NCBI GenBank assembly: GCA_016839705.1
Contig: JAEOTR010000038.1
Span: 1 to 38,505, forward strand
Direction: 5' to 3'
Length of the DNA: 38,505 nucleotides
From: Promethearchaeota archaeon
GTDB lineage: Archaea; Asgardarchaeota; Lokiarchaeia; Sigyniarchaeales; SOKP01
Part shown: piece after piece, positions 1 through 10,900 of the stretch
Layout of the letters: every line of letters begins with the position of its first letter
Position numbering within the stretch: the stretch's first letter is position 1
The notes under the pieces: generated by a model
Database searches by the model: none
What the model saw: only the letters and a program-made list of their open reading frames with translations
Told to the model about the DNA's origin: nothing
Translations under genes and position numbers: made by a program

Positions 1-641
1 AGAAATCCTGTGTTTGAATAATGCCTTTCTGTTCCACCAGGTTGTGTATCCCAGTTATCTGAAACATAATAAGGACCAGCAGGATTTAAGGACCCATTTA
101 AGAATTCCCCTAATGTAGGACGTGAAATCCAGAGGGGGAAAGTTGTTCCTAAATTATTGTTAGTCCAATTAAGCATCTCCCAATCAAAATCCCAGAGTTC
201 ATTGTCAGAAACATCATTGCTTATTCCGGATCTATGAGTTAAAAGCAATCGCGGTGTTATTGGAGTGGCTGGATAGCTCGGATGCCGAACGTTAAAAGGA
301 AGATAGGTGTTAATGTCAGTATCAAGATCAAGCGAGCCATTATCATACAGTTGCATTATAGCTGTCGCTGTAAAGATTTTGGTTACAGAGCCAATCATAT
401 AAACAATATCTAAGTCTGGTTGATCGCCATAACCCTTAGACCATACGAGAGTATCGTTAATAACTATACCAGCAGCGAAAGAAGGGATACCACCTTGAGA
501 CATTAAATTGTTTATCCTTGAGTCAATAGTTTCTTGATCTTGAGGCTGAAATATAATAACAGCGGAGATAATTCCTGTAGTGGCAACCGCAGCTACAATA
601 ACTATTCCGATTATAAGTTTTTTATTGATTTCTCTATTCAT
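1..641 (-). CDS. Membrane-anchored serine hydrolase (beta-lactamase/AmpC-like family), 3' end beyond the window edge; absent from the ORF track
   Basis: Manual translation from ATG at 641: MNREINKKLIIGIVIVAAVATTGIISAVIIF (N-terminal TM)...GIPSFAAGIVINDTLVWSKGYG...YMIGSVTK (SxxK)...LDLDTDINTYLP...ITPRLLLTHRSG (LLTHxSG family motif). Confidence 0.88.
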   Translation of the reverse strand, partial: MNREINKKLIIGIVIVAAVATTGIISAVIIFQPQDQETIDSRINNLMSQGGIPSFAAGIVINDTLVWSKGYGDQPDLDIVYMIGSVTKIFTATAIMQLYDNGSLDLDTDINTYLPFNVRHPSYPATPITPRLLLTHRSGISNDVSDNELWDFDWEMLNWTNNNLGTTFPLWISRPTLGEFLNGSLNPAGPYYVSDNWDTQPGGTERHYSNTGF

Positions 642-979
642 ACATCTTCACTTCTATAAATTATTCAATTGGTAATTATCTTTTCGCGATTATTATTATT
701 AAATATTTATTCAAAACTGTTATTTTTCATAAAATTTGCATTAAGAGGATAGAACTTTTGGAAAATAACAAGATTCCAAACATTCGGTTTTTAATTTTTA
801 ATTTTCAAATTGCCATCGAATTTTCTTTACACGAAGATTATGGGATTTTTTTCTGATTCAGATTACTCTTTATCTGATGAGATATATAAAAACACATAAT
901 CTAGTCCGTAAATTAGGAAAAGACCAACAAAATATTTAAAAATTCAAAAATCAAATAATATCTACTAAAGGTTTTAAAA

Positions 980-1543
980 ACGCCTGTCACACCGCTTCAT
1001 TATCCCGTCGCATGGGGATTATCGAAACTAGACAAAAGGTTGAATCTACCAGGTTTAATTGTTGGCTCATTCATACCCGATATTGAGGTGCCAATTTTAT
1101 TCCTTTTTTTTAACGGAGTTTTCCCCGATCTTTTCATCTTACACAGCTTGATTGGCGCACTAACTATCGGAACTTTAATCTCAATTTTCGCTACGGTTTA
1201 TTTTTATCCAATTTTGGCGTCTCTGATATTTCGACTTGATAAGGGTAATTTAAAAGAAGCGTGTAAGTTAACTCCGGTTCTTATTTTGTCATGTATGCTT
1301 GGAAATGTTTTCCACATCGTATTAGACCTAATAATGCATCCATATAGTCTAATTCTGTGACCAATCGTAGATATTTACAGTATTGTTGGAATATTGGTTC
1401 TTGTTTTTGCTACGGGTGGTGATATACAGTTAGGATTTTTAATTGCGAATATTCTGTCTAATCTGATTATGGGATTATTTATGATTATAATAATAATTAA
1501 AAGTAGGACAAATCTGTGGGAGCGGACAATAATAGGAAAATAA
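980..1543 (+). pseudogene. DUF4184-like / metal-dependent hydrolase-like membrane protein, disrupted (ACG at the expected start; internal TGA at 1358-1360)
   Basis: The frame of ORF 1040..1360 extends upstream to ACG at 980: (M)PVTPLHYPVAWGL...LIVGSFIPDIE...LHSL...HIVLD. After TGA the same frame continues 60 hydrophobic codons (PIVDIYSIVGILVLVF...RTIIGK) to TAA at 1541-1543. IL*P fits an ancestral ILWP. Confidence 0.75.
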
Positions 1544-1602
1544 ATTTATGATTAATACTGTGCTAAAAATTATAAAAAAAAAAGAATTGAATATAAAAAA
1601 CA

Positions 1603-2682
1603 TTAAACAACAAATGATGCTGCTTTTTTTAAAGCTTTTTCTGCATCTTTTATGATTGTTTCAACGATGTCTGAAACACTCTCAAGTTTGTTTATGATTC
1701 CTATACTTTGCCCTAATAAAACTCCTCCGTTTTCCATATCTCCTTGATAAGCAGCAAAAGCAGCTTTGGCATCTCTTCTTAATTCTTCACGTAATTCTTC
1801 CTCTGATATTGCTGTGCGGTGATCCACCAATGCTTTTTCTTCCGCGATCTTTTCTTCTTTGGTTTTCACTAAACCTTTTGATAAAGAATATTTGTTTTTC
1901 CATAATCTAATGGTTCCTAAACTTCCTGTTCTCACAAGTGTATCTTGAGCTTTCGCAGGTGGCACTACACCTTTATAATTTTCATGAAATTCACTGTCTA
2001 TAGATGCGATGAATCTTGATCCCATGGCGATCCCTCCAGCACCGATGGCTAAAGCTGCCGCCATCCCATTCCCTGTAGCAAATCCTCCACACGCGATTTT
2101 CGGAATATCAGGATGCTTCTGCTGTACCTGTTGTAATAATACCATCCCACCAACTTTTTCATAAGATTGGTGGCCTCCTCCTTCAAAACCAGTTACAACA
2201 AGACCGTCACAACCCGCAGCCACACATTTATCTGCCAGCCAGAGCGCTGGGGCAACATGGAAGTGTTTAATATTTGAATCTTTTCTTAATTTCTGAAAAT
2301 CTTCGTTTTTAGGTACTCGAGCTGCTGAACCCGCACTGCTAAGCGCATACAAACATTGTTCTTTCAATTTGGGATTTGCCATTATATGCTTAGAAGTTTC
2401 CGAAATCAATTCGTCGCAAATTACTTCATTTCTGGAAGTTCTCACGTTAAAACCAAAAATCCCATCAGTATGTTCAACAACAAAATCAAGATTTTTCAGC
2501 ATCGCATCGATGTAATTCTTTTCATAACCATCCATAGATACGTTTGTATGTGAAATCATACCAAGCCCGCCTGCATCTGCGACAGCTACTGCTAATTCGG
2601 TTGTTCTGAAAGGTCCCATCGCGGCGCTTGCGATTGGATGCTTAATTCCAAACATTTCAGTTATATTCGTTTTTAATACCAA
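1603..2682 (-). CDS. Nitronate monooxygenase / FabK-like enoyl-thioester reductase family FMN protein (paralog 1)
   Basis: KTNITEMFGIKHPI..AAMG, AVADAGGLG, GFEGGGH (catalytic His), IACGGFATG, IAMGSRF, LLGQSIG. TTG start preceded by an AAGGTGA RBS. Confidence 0.9.
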   Translation of the reverse strand: MVLKTNITEMFGIKHPIASAAMGPFRTTELAVAVADAGGLGMISHTNVSMDGYEKNYIDAMLKNLDFVVEHTDGIFGFNVRTSRNEVICDELISETSKHIMANPKLKEQCLYALSSAGSAARVPKNEDFQKLRKDSNIKHFHVAPALWLADKCVAAGCDGLVVTGFEGGGHQSYEKVGGMVLLQQVQQKHPDIPKIACGGFATGNGMAAALAIGAGGIAMGSRFIASIDSEFHENYKGVVPPAKAQDTLVRTGSLGTIRLWKNKYSLSKGLVKTKEEKIAEEKALVDHRTAISEEELREELRRDAKAAFAAYQGDMENGGVLLGQSIGIINKLESVSDIVETIIKDAEKALKKAASFVV

Positions 2683-2872
2683 AATAAATCACCTTCTATT
2701 CTAATTGAATTTAAACCTAAATAAAATTAAGCTTCTTTATGAGAAAATTATCCTATTCCATTTTATATATTTATTTAACTTGATTTGTCAGATTCTCTAT
2801 AAACTTTGGTGACATTGAAGATTCCGATATACAAATCGGATAATTTACTCATATTTATCGCTTAGGTTAATT

Positions 2873-3355
2873 CTATGATATAGAAATCATGTTCTCTGGA
2901 ATTTTAACGGCGAGGACTTCCCCTTTAACGCATAATTGCCCTTTAGCATATAAGTTAACTTCTACTATGACTTTTTTCCCTTTTATTTCTTTTACCTTTC
3001 CAATTAACTCTAGTTCTTGATCAATCGGGGTTGGTCTTAAGTAATCAACCTGAATAGAAGCGGTTACATATCGTAATTCGGGTTTTGTTCCCATTTTTCG
3101 CCCCTCTGATTTATAAACAGCGGCAGCAGCAGTTCCTGTTCCATGACAGTCAATTAAAGATGCCATTAATCCCCCATACACATATCCAGGAAAAGCAATA
3201 TAGTATGATTTAGGTGTGAATCGGGCAATACTCGTATTTTCATCCTCATTCCAGTAACTTTTAATCTTCATACCAACTTCATTCAATCTTCCACATCCAT
3301 AACAGTAACTCATTTGTTCGGAATAGTAATCTTGAAACGCTTTTTTTTCCACCAT
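2873..3355 (-). CDS. PaaI-like hot-dog fold thioesterase
   Basis: CYGCG motif, 'FPGYVYGGLMASLIDCHG', 'VTASIQVDYLRPTP'. Confidence 0.85.
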   Translation of the reverse strand: MVEKKAFQDYYSEQMSYCYGCGRLNEVGMKIKSYWNEDENTSIARFTPKSYYIAFPGYVYGGLMASLIDCHGTGTAAAAVYKSEGRKMGTKPELRYVTASIQVDYLRPTPIDQELELIGKVKEIKGKKVIVEVNLYAKGQLCVKGEVLAVKIPENMISIS

Positions 3356-3414
3356 ATTTATTCACAAATTTCATTATTACATTTTAAATATCGAATTTTC
3401 TCTTCTGGTATTTC

Positions 3415-3768
3415 TCACTTTTTATAATAGTCAAGAATTTTTAATGCAAACCTACTTGATACAGTTGCAGGACCACCTCCCATTTCAATTGCAACTTCTA
3501 GTGCTTCAATTATTTGCTCCTCAGATGCCCCAGAATTTAACGCTTGATTAATATGCCACTCCATACAAGATTCACAATTGATAACAACAGAGATACCGAG
3601 AGCAATGAGCTCTTTATACATTTTGCTTAAGTAGCTATCCTTGTAGGTGTTTCCCTCCAATTCAAGAAAGGATTGATATGCTTTTGACTTTTTATTTAAT
3701 AATAACTCATGTGCTTCTTTCCTACCAGATATGATTCTCTCAATTTTCTCTTTATCTTTTTGGTCCAT
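3415..3768 (-). CDS. Carboxymuconolactone decarboxylase / AhpD-like alkylhydroperoxidase family protein
   Basis: 'KELIALGISVVINCESCMEWH...GASEEQIIEALEVAIEMGGGP' with CxxC-x3-H motif. Confidence 0.88.
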   Translation of the reverse strand: MDQKDKEKIERIISGRKEAHELLLNKKSKAYQSFLELEGNTYKDSYLSKMYKELIALGISVVINCESCMEWHINQALNSGASEEQIIEALEVAIEMGGGPATVSSRFALKILDYYKK

Positions 3769-3809
3769 GATAAATAAAATGAATCCAAATTCTTATACAA
3801 TTCTATTTT

Positions 3810-3849
3810 TAACCCAATGCCTCTTTGCAGAGCAGAATGATTTGGGTTA
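3810..3849 (-). other. Candidate structured leader RNA (two-tier hairpin with GCAA tetraloop) upstream of the AhpD-like gene
   Basis: Minus-strand UAACCCAA/UUGGGUUA outer stem and UGCUCU-GCAA-AGAG(G)CA inner stem, ending ~40 nt before ATG 3768. Confidence 0.4.
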
Positions 3850-3996
3850 GTAAGCTCTTCTTTTTATAATTTGTATTCGATCTAGCAAGAGAAGCAACTC
3901 AACTTGATTCATAAATTTTAAGGAAGGAAATCTGTTAAATAATTAGTTCTCTTCTTATAAAGTATAAGCTTAAATGAAAGATTAAAAGTCAAAGAA

Positions 3997-4230
3997 ATGA
4001 AGAGAAAAGTTGATAAAACTTATTTCATTGGTATTACGTTATTTCTATTTGGTTCACTCTCGATTTTATATGGGATTATAACCATGATTATAAGGTTGTT
4101 CTTGGGTTATACAGGAATTAATATTTTCGTTAAAGACGTGCTTTTCGACCCAGTTTTCCTACTTCTGGGATTAATTCTAATTAGAAGGTATAAGAACAAA
4201 AGTTTTCGATCAAATCACATTAAAAGATAA
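3997..4230 (+). CDS. Small hypothetical membrane protein (2 TM)
   Basis: 77 aa; two hydrophobic segments flanked by basic residues; fills an intergenic gap. Confidence 0.6.
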   Translation: MKRKVDKTYFIGITLFLFGSLSILYGIITMIIRLFLGYTGINIFVKDVLFDPVFLLLGLILIRRYKNKSFRSNHIKR

Positions 4231-4322
4231 AAATATTGTAAAACTGATGAATATTTAGCTTTTATTCTTAGATTTCAATAATATTTTTTACTGATATTGA
4301 TAATATCATTATTGAGATACAA

Positions 4323-4835
4323 TTGAAGGCACAAAAAAATACAAAGAAAAAACTTACTTCTCGTTTAGGGCAAAAGAAGAAATCCAAGGTTAAAAATGGG
4401 GAGGATTTAGATCGGGATGAAATTGTTAAAAATTTAAATGGTCGTACGCTTATGGTTTATTTTGCACTTTTAAATAAAAAATTTATCGGTGTACGCGATT
4501 TACAGCGACATTTAGAACTTTCAAGTCCTAGCGTAGCAAAATACCATCTTGAGAAATTGGTTGACTTACGTCTTGTAGAGAATAGAAATGGTATTTATCA
4601 TCTTGAAAGAAAAGCGAATTTGCCATTGTTAACTTCTTGGGTTTTGATCGGGAAACAACTAATCCCTAGGGTTATTTTCGCTGCTATTTTTTTTACTTTT
4701 CTTTTTATTGGTTATCTATTCCTAGTTTATACATATTGGAATAAAGATAGTTTATTTGTTATAATGTTTGGAGTACTAATTTTAGTTTATGTATGGTTTG
4801 ACGTGATCTTACAATTCAAACGGAAGCCAATTTAG
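4323..4835 (+). CDS. Membrane-anchored winged helix-turn-helix transcriptional regulator (ArsR-like HTH plus 2 C-terminal TM helices)
   Basis: 'LNGRTLMVYFALL...GVRDLQRHLELSSPSVAKYHLEKLVDLRLVENRNGIYHL' wHTH, then TMs 'VIFAAIFFTFLFIGYLFLVY' and 'LFVIMFGVLILVYVWF'. Confidence 0.85.
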   Translation: MKAQKNTKKKLTSRLGQKKKSKVKNGEDLDRDEIVKNLNGRTLMVYFALLNKKFIGVRDLQRHLELSSPSVAKYHLEKLVDLRLVENRNGIYHLERKANLPLLTSWVLIGKQLIPRVIFAAIFFTFLFIGYLFLVYTYWNKDSLFVIMFGVLILVYVWFDVILQFKRKPI

Positions 4836-4853
4836 TAAAAACCACATCTATCA

Positions 4854-4898
4854 TTGAGAACTCAGCGGGAGTTCTGAAATTTTTGATGGTGTTCTAAA
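4854..4898. promoter_or_regulatory. Inverted-repeat operator candidate upstream of the alpha-2-macroglobulin gene
   Basis: TTGAGAACTC-agcgg-GAGTTCTGAA (9/10 arm match) at 4854-4878, plus a third half-site GTGTTCTAAA at 4889-4898 (GTTCT repeated 20 bp apart). Confidence 0.5.
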
Positions 4899-4964
4899 CT
4901 TTAGTATAATAAATTTTGGTGATATAGTGTATTATAGAGTTGAATTTAAATTAGGAGAATAAAA

Positions 4965-7900
4965 ATGAATAGACACAGAAAAGGGAGTATCTTCTTATTA
5001 TTGGTTTGTATTCAATTTGTATTAATGGGTTTTAGTATTATGGGAACCAGTTCCTTTAATGAAAATGAGCAGGAAATTCCTAAAGAAAACGATCTTCCAA
5101 ATGAAGGCGTGTCACATTCATCTCCTTACTATTTTCCAATTAATAGATCATCCCCATTAATGACAGAAACATTAGAAGAAGTAGATTCTGATGAAAATCT
5201 CAAAACTGCTTATAATTATTATAATAATGATTATGTTTTAACACTCAATTTAGATAAATTCGTTCTTACAATCGGTGAAACTCTAACATTAAACTTAGGT
5301 TTAACCTGCAATTTATCTGCTTCCCCAGGAAGGATTATATCCGTAGAAATATATGAAGGATTTTACCGCAATTATTATTACTATTATCCAAGCTATTATG
5401 AGACTACAACACCAATTTATACGAAAAATCTTACTACTGATACTAATGGTCAAGCTTCAATGACATTCTCTTCGACGTCTACTGAAGGAATATATACCGT
5501 TTATGCCTACACCGAAGATTATCGAATTTATAAAGACTTTACCGTAGGTGAGGTTGGCATTTTCTATAAAGGACCAAGATATTATAAACCTAATCAGCAA
5601 TACCGCGCTGCTGTTCATATGGTTAATCTCACCGACTTTTCAGGTATACCATTTACATTTTTCAATTATTCAATTTCTTATTATCTATATTCTACTACCA
5701 GTTGGCATATATTGACAACAGATTTAATTCAAACCGATAATGCAGGATATTCGATTCTTAATACAGATATTCCGTTAGATGCTGATAATTATCATGTCCT
5801 TAGACTAACATTATCTACCCTTGATGGTAAAGCTGAGTATCAAACATTTTTATATGAGAGTTGGGAGTATTACTATTATTGTAGGTGGGGAGGACAGCAA
5901 AAAACTAATCAAGAACAATATCAATATGTTGTAACTACGGATAAAACAATCTATAACCCGGGTGATAATGTTTTTCTAAGAGCATTAGTGCTGCAGTACT
6001 CCTTTATGAATGAATCTAAAACTGCATTACATCATACCCCGATTTCCTTAACTATATATAATCCAGATGAATTTGCGATATTTTGGACAGATATTGTTAC
6101 TGACGAATTTGGCATCCTGTCTTTCAATTTTCCATTAGATGAAGATTGTGATCTTGGGAATTATGGTTTCGAGTTTAGTTATTCTGGTGAAACTTATAGA
6201 TATAATGTAAAGGTTGATTATTATATCAAACCTGTCTTCAGAGTAGAAATTGATACAAACGGAAAGGATTATTATTCTATTCATGAAAAATGGTTTGAAG
6301 GGTTTGTTGATGTTTCTTATTACTTTGGTCAACCGGTAGTAGGTGCAACTGTAGAACTAACGGTTCAAAGCTATTGGGGAGAAATCAAAAAAGTAATAGA
6401 AGGATACACAAATGGAGAAGGTAGATTTTATTTCTCAATAAATTTGCGGTTAATTCCGGATTTAGAGTACACTTTTAGAGTAAAAGCTGATGTAACCGAT
6501 GACTACGGAAGGAGTGCATCAACCGAAAAAATTTATACTCGTATTAGAGAATTATATGCTTATGGGTATTTAACAAATTGGGCACCTCATCCTGACGATA
6601 CTTTAGAATATTATTTTTATGCATTTCAATATGTTATGTCTGATTATGGTTATTGGTATTGGATGTATAATCCATTAGTAAATGTGAGTGTTAATATCGA
6701 AATCTTTGGAATTGCAAACTACCCTATCTATCCTTTAGTGTTAAAGGATAAACAACTTCTAACAACTTATTCTGAGAAAACAAATATATTTGGCTCTGGG
6801 AAATTAGAATTTAAACTACCATTAATTCATATAATGACATATAATCTCTTTGAAATTAGATTAACAGTTAATTTAGAAGATGGTCGAAGTACCTCTTCAT
6901 CTTACTATTATAGGTATAAGAAATACAGTTTGGACATTAATATACTAGAACCAACGTTAAACCCAGGCGATATTCTTGAATTTGAGGTTACTTTTAAAGA
7001 TATTCTCACAGGTTCTTCAAGTACAGGTGAAGGTAAAATATATATTTATGATGCTAATCACCAGTTAATTGGTCGGGTTAGTGATATAATATCTGGGAGT
7101 AAAACCTATACTTTTCTTATTCCAAGCTCCTCACCTGAAGGTAAATATTTTATTTATTCCTATGTTTATTCACGTCAAAATCAATATTATGGGGGATTTA
7201 ACTATCATTCTGCTCATGAAAACTTTATAGTGGGGGATTTTCAATCAATTTCATTTAGTACTAATTTTAGTACTACTGGAACTTATTATGATAAAATTAT
7301 AGTACAACTCGGTGATACTATTGAAATTAATGGTACTACAAATGTAACAACAAATATTCAGCATTATTTAGAGATTTATAAGCGTGGGGTACTTTTTTCA
7401 GTACCTTTAGAAATAAATGACAATAAATTTTCATATATTTTGTCTGTTATTCCTGAGTTTGTACCCGATTTTACTATAATTATCTACACAATCTCTGATT
7501 CAGGAAAACTTTATGAAAGTGTTCTAGCGGTACATATAGATTATAATTTTGGCATAAATCTTTCAACAGATAAAGAAACCTATGAACCAGGTGATCTAGT
7601 TACTCTAACCATAACACCAACAGAAAATATTACATCAGTTGTGGCACTTTCATTTATTGATAGTGCTGTTCTTGATGTAGAGCCAGAAGATGATTCCGAA
7701 TTAGCTTATTTTTCAGATCGTCCCTACTCAACCTACATTAGCTCAGGAAGCTCATGGGGATTTGGATTTAGTGCTGAAAGTTATTGGTGGTTTGGGTATG
7801 GCAGACTTACAGGAGGGATTTATTATTTACCACTGCCCTTGTTCGATGAATACTATACTGTATCGCTGGAATTCTTTGGTCGCGCCGATTTAAAATCTGA

Positions 7901-10900
7901 TACTCCTTCGTTCGATGAATTACTTTCTAATTTTGAAACGGATGTTCGAAAGAATATATCAGAATCAGCAAATTGGATGCCAGAATTGATAATTTCAGAA
8001 CCTACTGAGATCACTTTTAAGTTACCTGATAATATAGGTGAATGGACAATTAGAGCAGTGTGTAATAATATTTTTGAGAATTCTAACGATATTATCCTGT
8101 GGGGAGATGTAATAACCAAGCGGATTAAATCCTTTTTGCCATTTTTCATAGAATTTGAGATATCTGAACCTGTATTTCAAGATGATATCCTAAGCGTTAA
8201 AGGTTATGTTTACAATTATATTGGGACGGATGTTGATGCTACTGTGGCAATAAGTGCTCCTGAGCTTATTATATTGAATAAAGATGTACAAGAATTATTT
8301 ATTCCTGATGGCTATGTCTCTGAAGTGGAGTTTTCCGTATATTGTATAGAACCTTACTCCCAGAATATTACTCTTTTAGCGGCTGCTGAACCTTTTGGAG
8401 TAAAATATTCCGATGCTAAGCAATTGACAATTTATATCAAACCAAATGGTATTGAAATCATCAGTAGAACAATAGGTTTTTTAAATGCAACTGATGGGTC
8501 GCTAATTCTGAATCATACTATCGATCCCTTAACGATTTATCATAAAGAGACATTAGCATTATACGCCGATCTGATGGATATTTCTATCGATAGTTGGCAA
8601 TCCCTTATTGGCTATCCATATGGATGCATAGAACAAACAATATCTAAAACACTTCCCACAGCTCTTATATTTAATTATTTAAATCAAACCGGGCAACTTA
8701 CGAGTAATTTAAAGCAAGAATTGAGTTTTATGATTTTAGATGGCCTAGGTCGTATTTATAACTTTCAGCATAACGATGGTGGGTGGGGTTGGTGGAGAAA
8801 TGATGCTTCTAAAATAATAATGACTTCTATAGTCGTATTCGCGTTAAATAAAATTGAGGAAGTGGGATTCCAGATTAATTCAGATATTTTAAATAAAGGG
8901 ATAGATTATTTAATTGCACAACAACATCCGAATGGTCTCTGGGATTTTCAAGAATACTCTTCAAATACATTAGAAGCGACAGCGTTTATTTTAAAGACAT
9001 TTTTATGTTCAAAACAAATTACAACAGAGATGAATACAGCGATTACTAGTGCAGTTAGTGAGTTAGCAAATTTATGGAATTCAGGAGATATGAAGAGTAC
9101 ATATGGAGCTTCTTTATTTTATATTGCAACTCTAGGTAGCATTTATGAGAATATCACTCTAAATAATGAATTAATTCAATACATTAAAGACGATAAGAAG
9201 GTTGAAGAAGATACGATATTTTGGGAGAGTGATACAAACAGTATTTGGTATTGGCGAAAATTGGGGAAAAAAGTAGAGATTACCTCCTACGCTACATTAG
9301 CTCTTGCCATGGATGATTATATAAGCAATTATGCCTTAATCCAAAAAGCCGTTAGATTTTTGTTGAACCAGCGTAATCGTTGGGGTTGGGGATCAACAGC
9401 GGATACTTCAGCTGCAATTATAGCTTTAACAGAAATAAATGGGATTATGATTAATGGTGGAATCATAGATTTCAATGGAACAATTTCTATAATAGTCAAT
9501 AACAACACACCACCTCAATATTTTTTAAATGTTACAGAAATGAATAACCACCCAGATGAAATCTTATTAAAACTCTCTGCTTTTATGCTAGGGAATCTTA
9601 ATACAATCAATATTACACTAGACGGGATTGGTACAATATGTTATATATTTGAAAGTGTGCAGATTTTAAGGTCAGACCCAAAAATAGAGATCCCAGAGAT
9701 AATAGAAGTCTCTAAAAATGAGCATTTTTATTTCCCAGTAGAATTCTCAAACATTGATGAACGAATGCCATTGGTAGATACTACAATATCACTACTTGAC
9801 GTTCCTGATAATTTCTCTGATCCTGAAGCAGACTATATAATTGTTCACCCTCTCATTATAAATGGAAGCAAAATCTATTTTCCTTTAATAGCCCCAAATA
9901 ATGACGGTGATTATTTCTTAGAAGGAGTTTCAATTCTTGGTTATATTCAATACAATGACACCTCTAGTAATTCATCAAGATTTCAACCTTTTCAACAAAC
10001 AATCGGACCTATAATAATACGTGTTGGATCACATTCACAATCATTATTCCCATCCATTGAACCAATTAATCCCGTTATAGAACCACAAATAATAACTATT
10101 AAAAAACAAATGTCAAAACAAAAACTACTTACTTCAGGAGAAGTGATAAATGTCACATTACATATTACAAATACCGGAGACTCGCGCCAATTCTACGTCG
10201 TGGAAGATGAGCTACCTACAGGTACAGTTTTTTTACCTGATTCTGTTATAATCTCAGACAACTATGATGACACAGAAATTACTTATGGTTTATATTCATC
10301 GGGAATTCATTTCTTCTTCCCAATGCTAAGTACGGGAATTACAGAAATTATATATCAAGTTCAAGTAATAAATATTAAAAACGCTTACTCAGGTAGTTGC
10401 AAACTTTGGGGTATGTATGATGATATTCTTATTTCTGCAAAATCAATTGTGCTTGAAAACATTCCACGTAAACATTATGCTAATCAGTTGGTTTATCAAG
10501 ATTTAATGGAACCACTTATTTTAAACACCAGCATCAAACAAAGTTATAAAATCCCAGACATTCACCTTCAAATTAATATTGATGCAATCGACAACAATCT
10601 TATCAATAAAATTCGGGTCGTTTTTTCACAAAAATCTGGCTGGAGATCTCAAACTCTATATTCAATGGATAATCAAGGTGAATTCTCAATTACTATTACA
10701 GATCTCAAGAACATTAACTCTGTGATAACATTATTTATTGAAGTTTCTGATATATATGGTAATACAGCTACAATGATATTAATGCCAATAAAAATTACCG
10801 CTTATGAACTTATACCTTATTTAATCGTGGTGATAATTGTAGGTTTTTCAATTGGATTGGCTAGTATATCTACGATTCTGTATAAGAACTCAGTAGAAAA

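Noticed and set aside
1358-1600. Selenocysteine read-through of the TGA, with an ATGA...AA...GA pattern after the gene as a possible SECIS
   Set aside because: The context fits Trp rather than Cys, the putative SECIS helix does not base-pair, and the gene also lacks a proper start codon.
3808-3912. Short minus-strand ORF (about 35 codons) overlapping the GNRA hairpin, as a possible leader peptide
   Set aside because: No distinctive codon content or RBS; cannot be supported from sequence alone.
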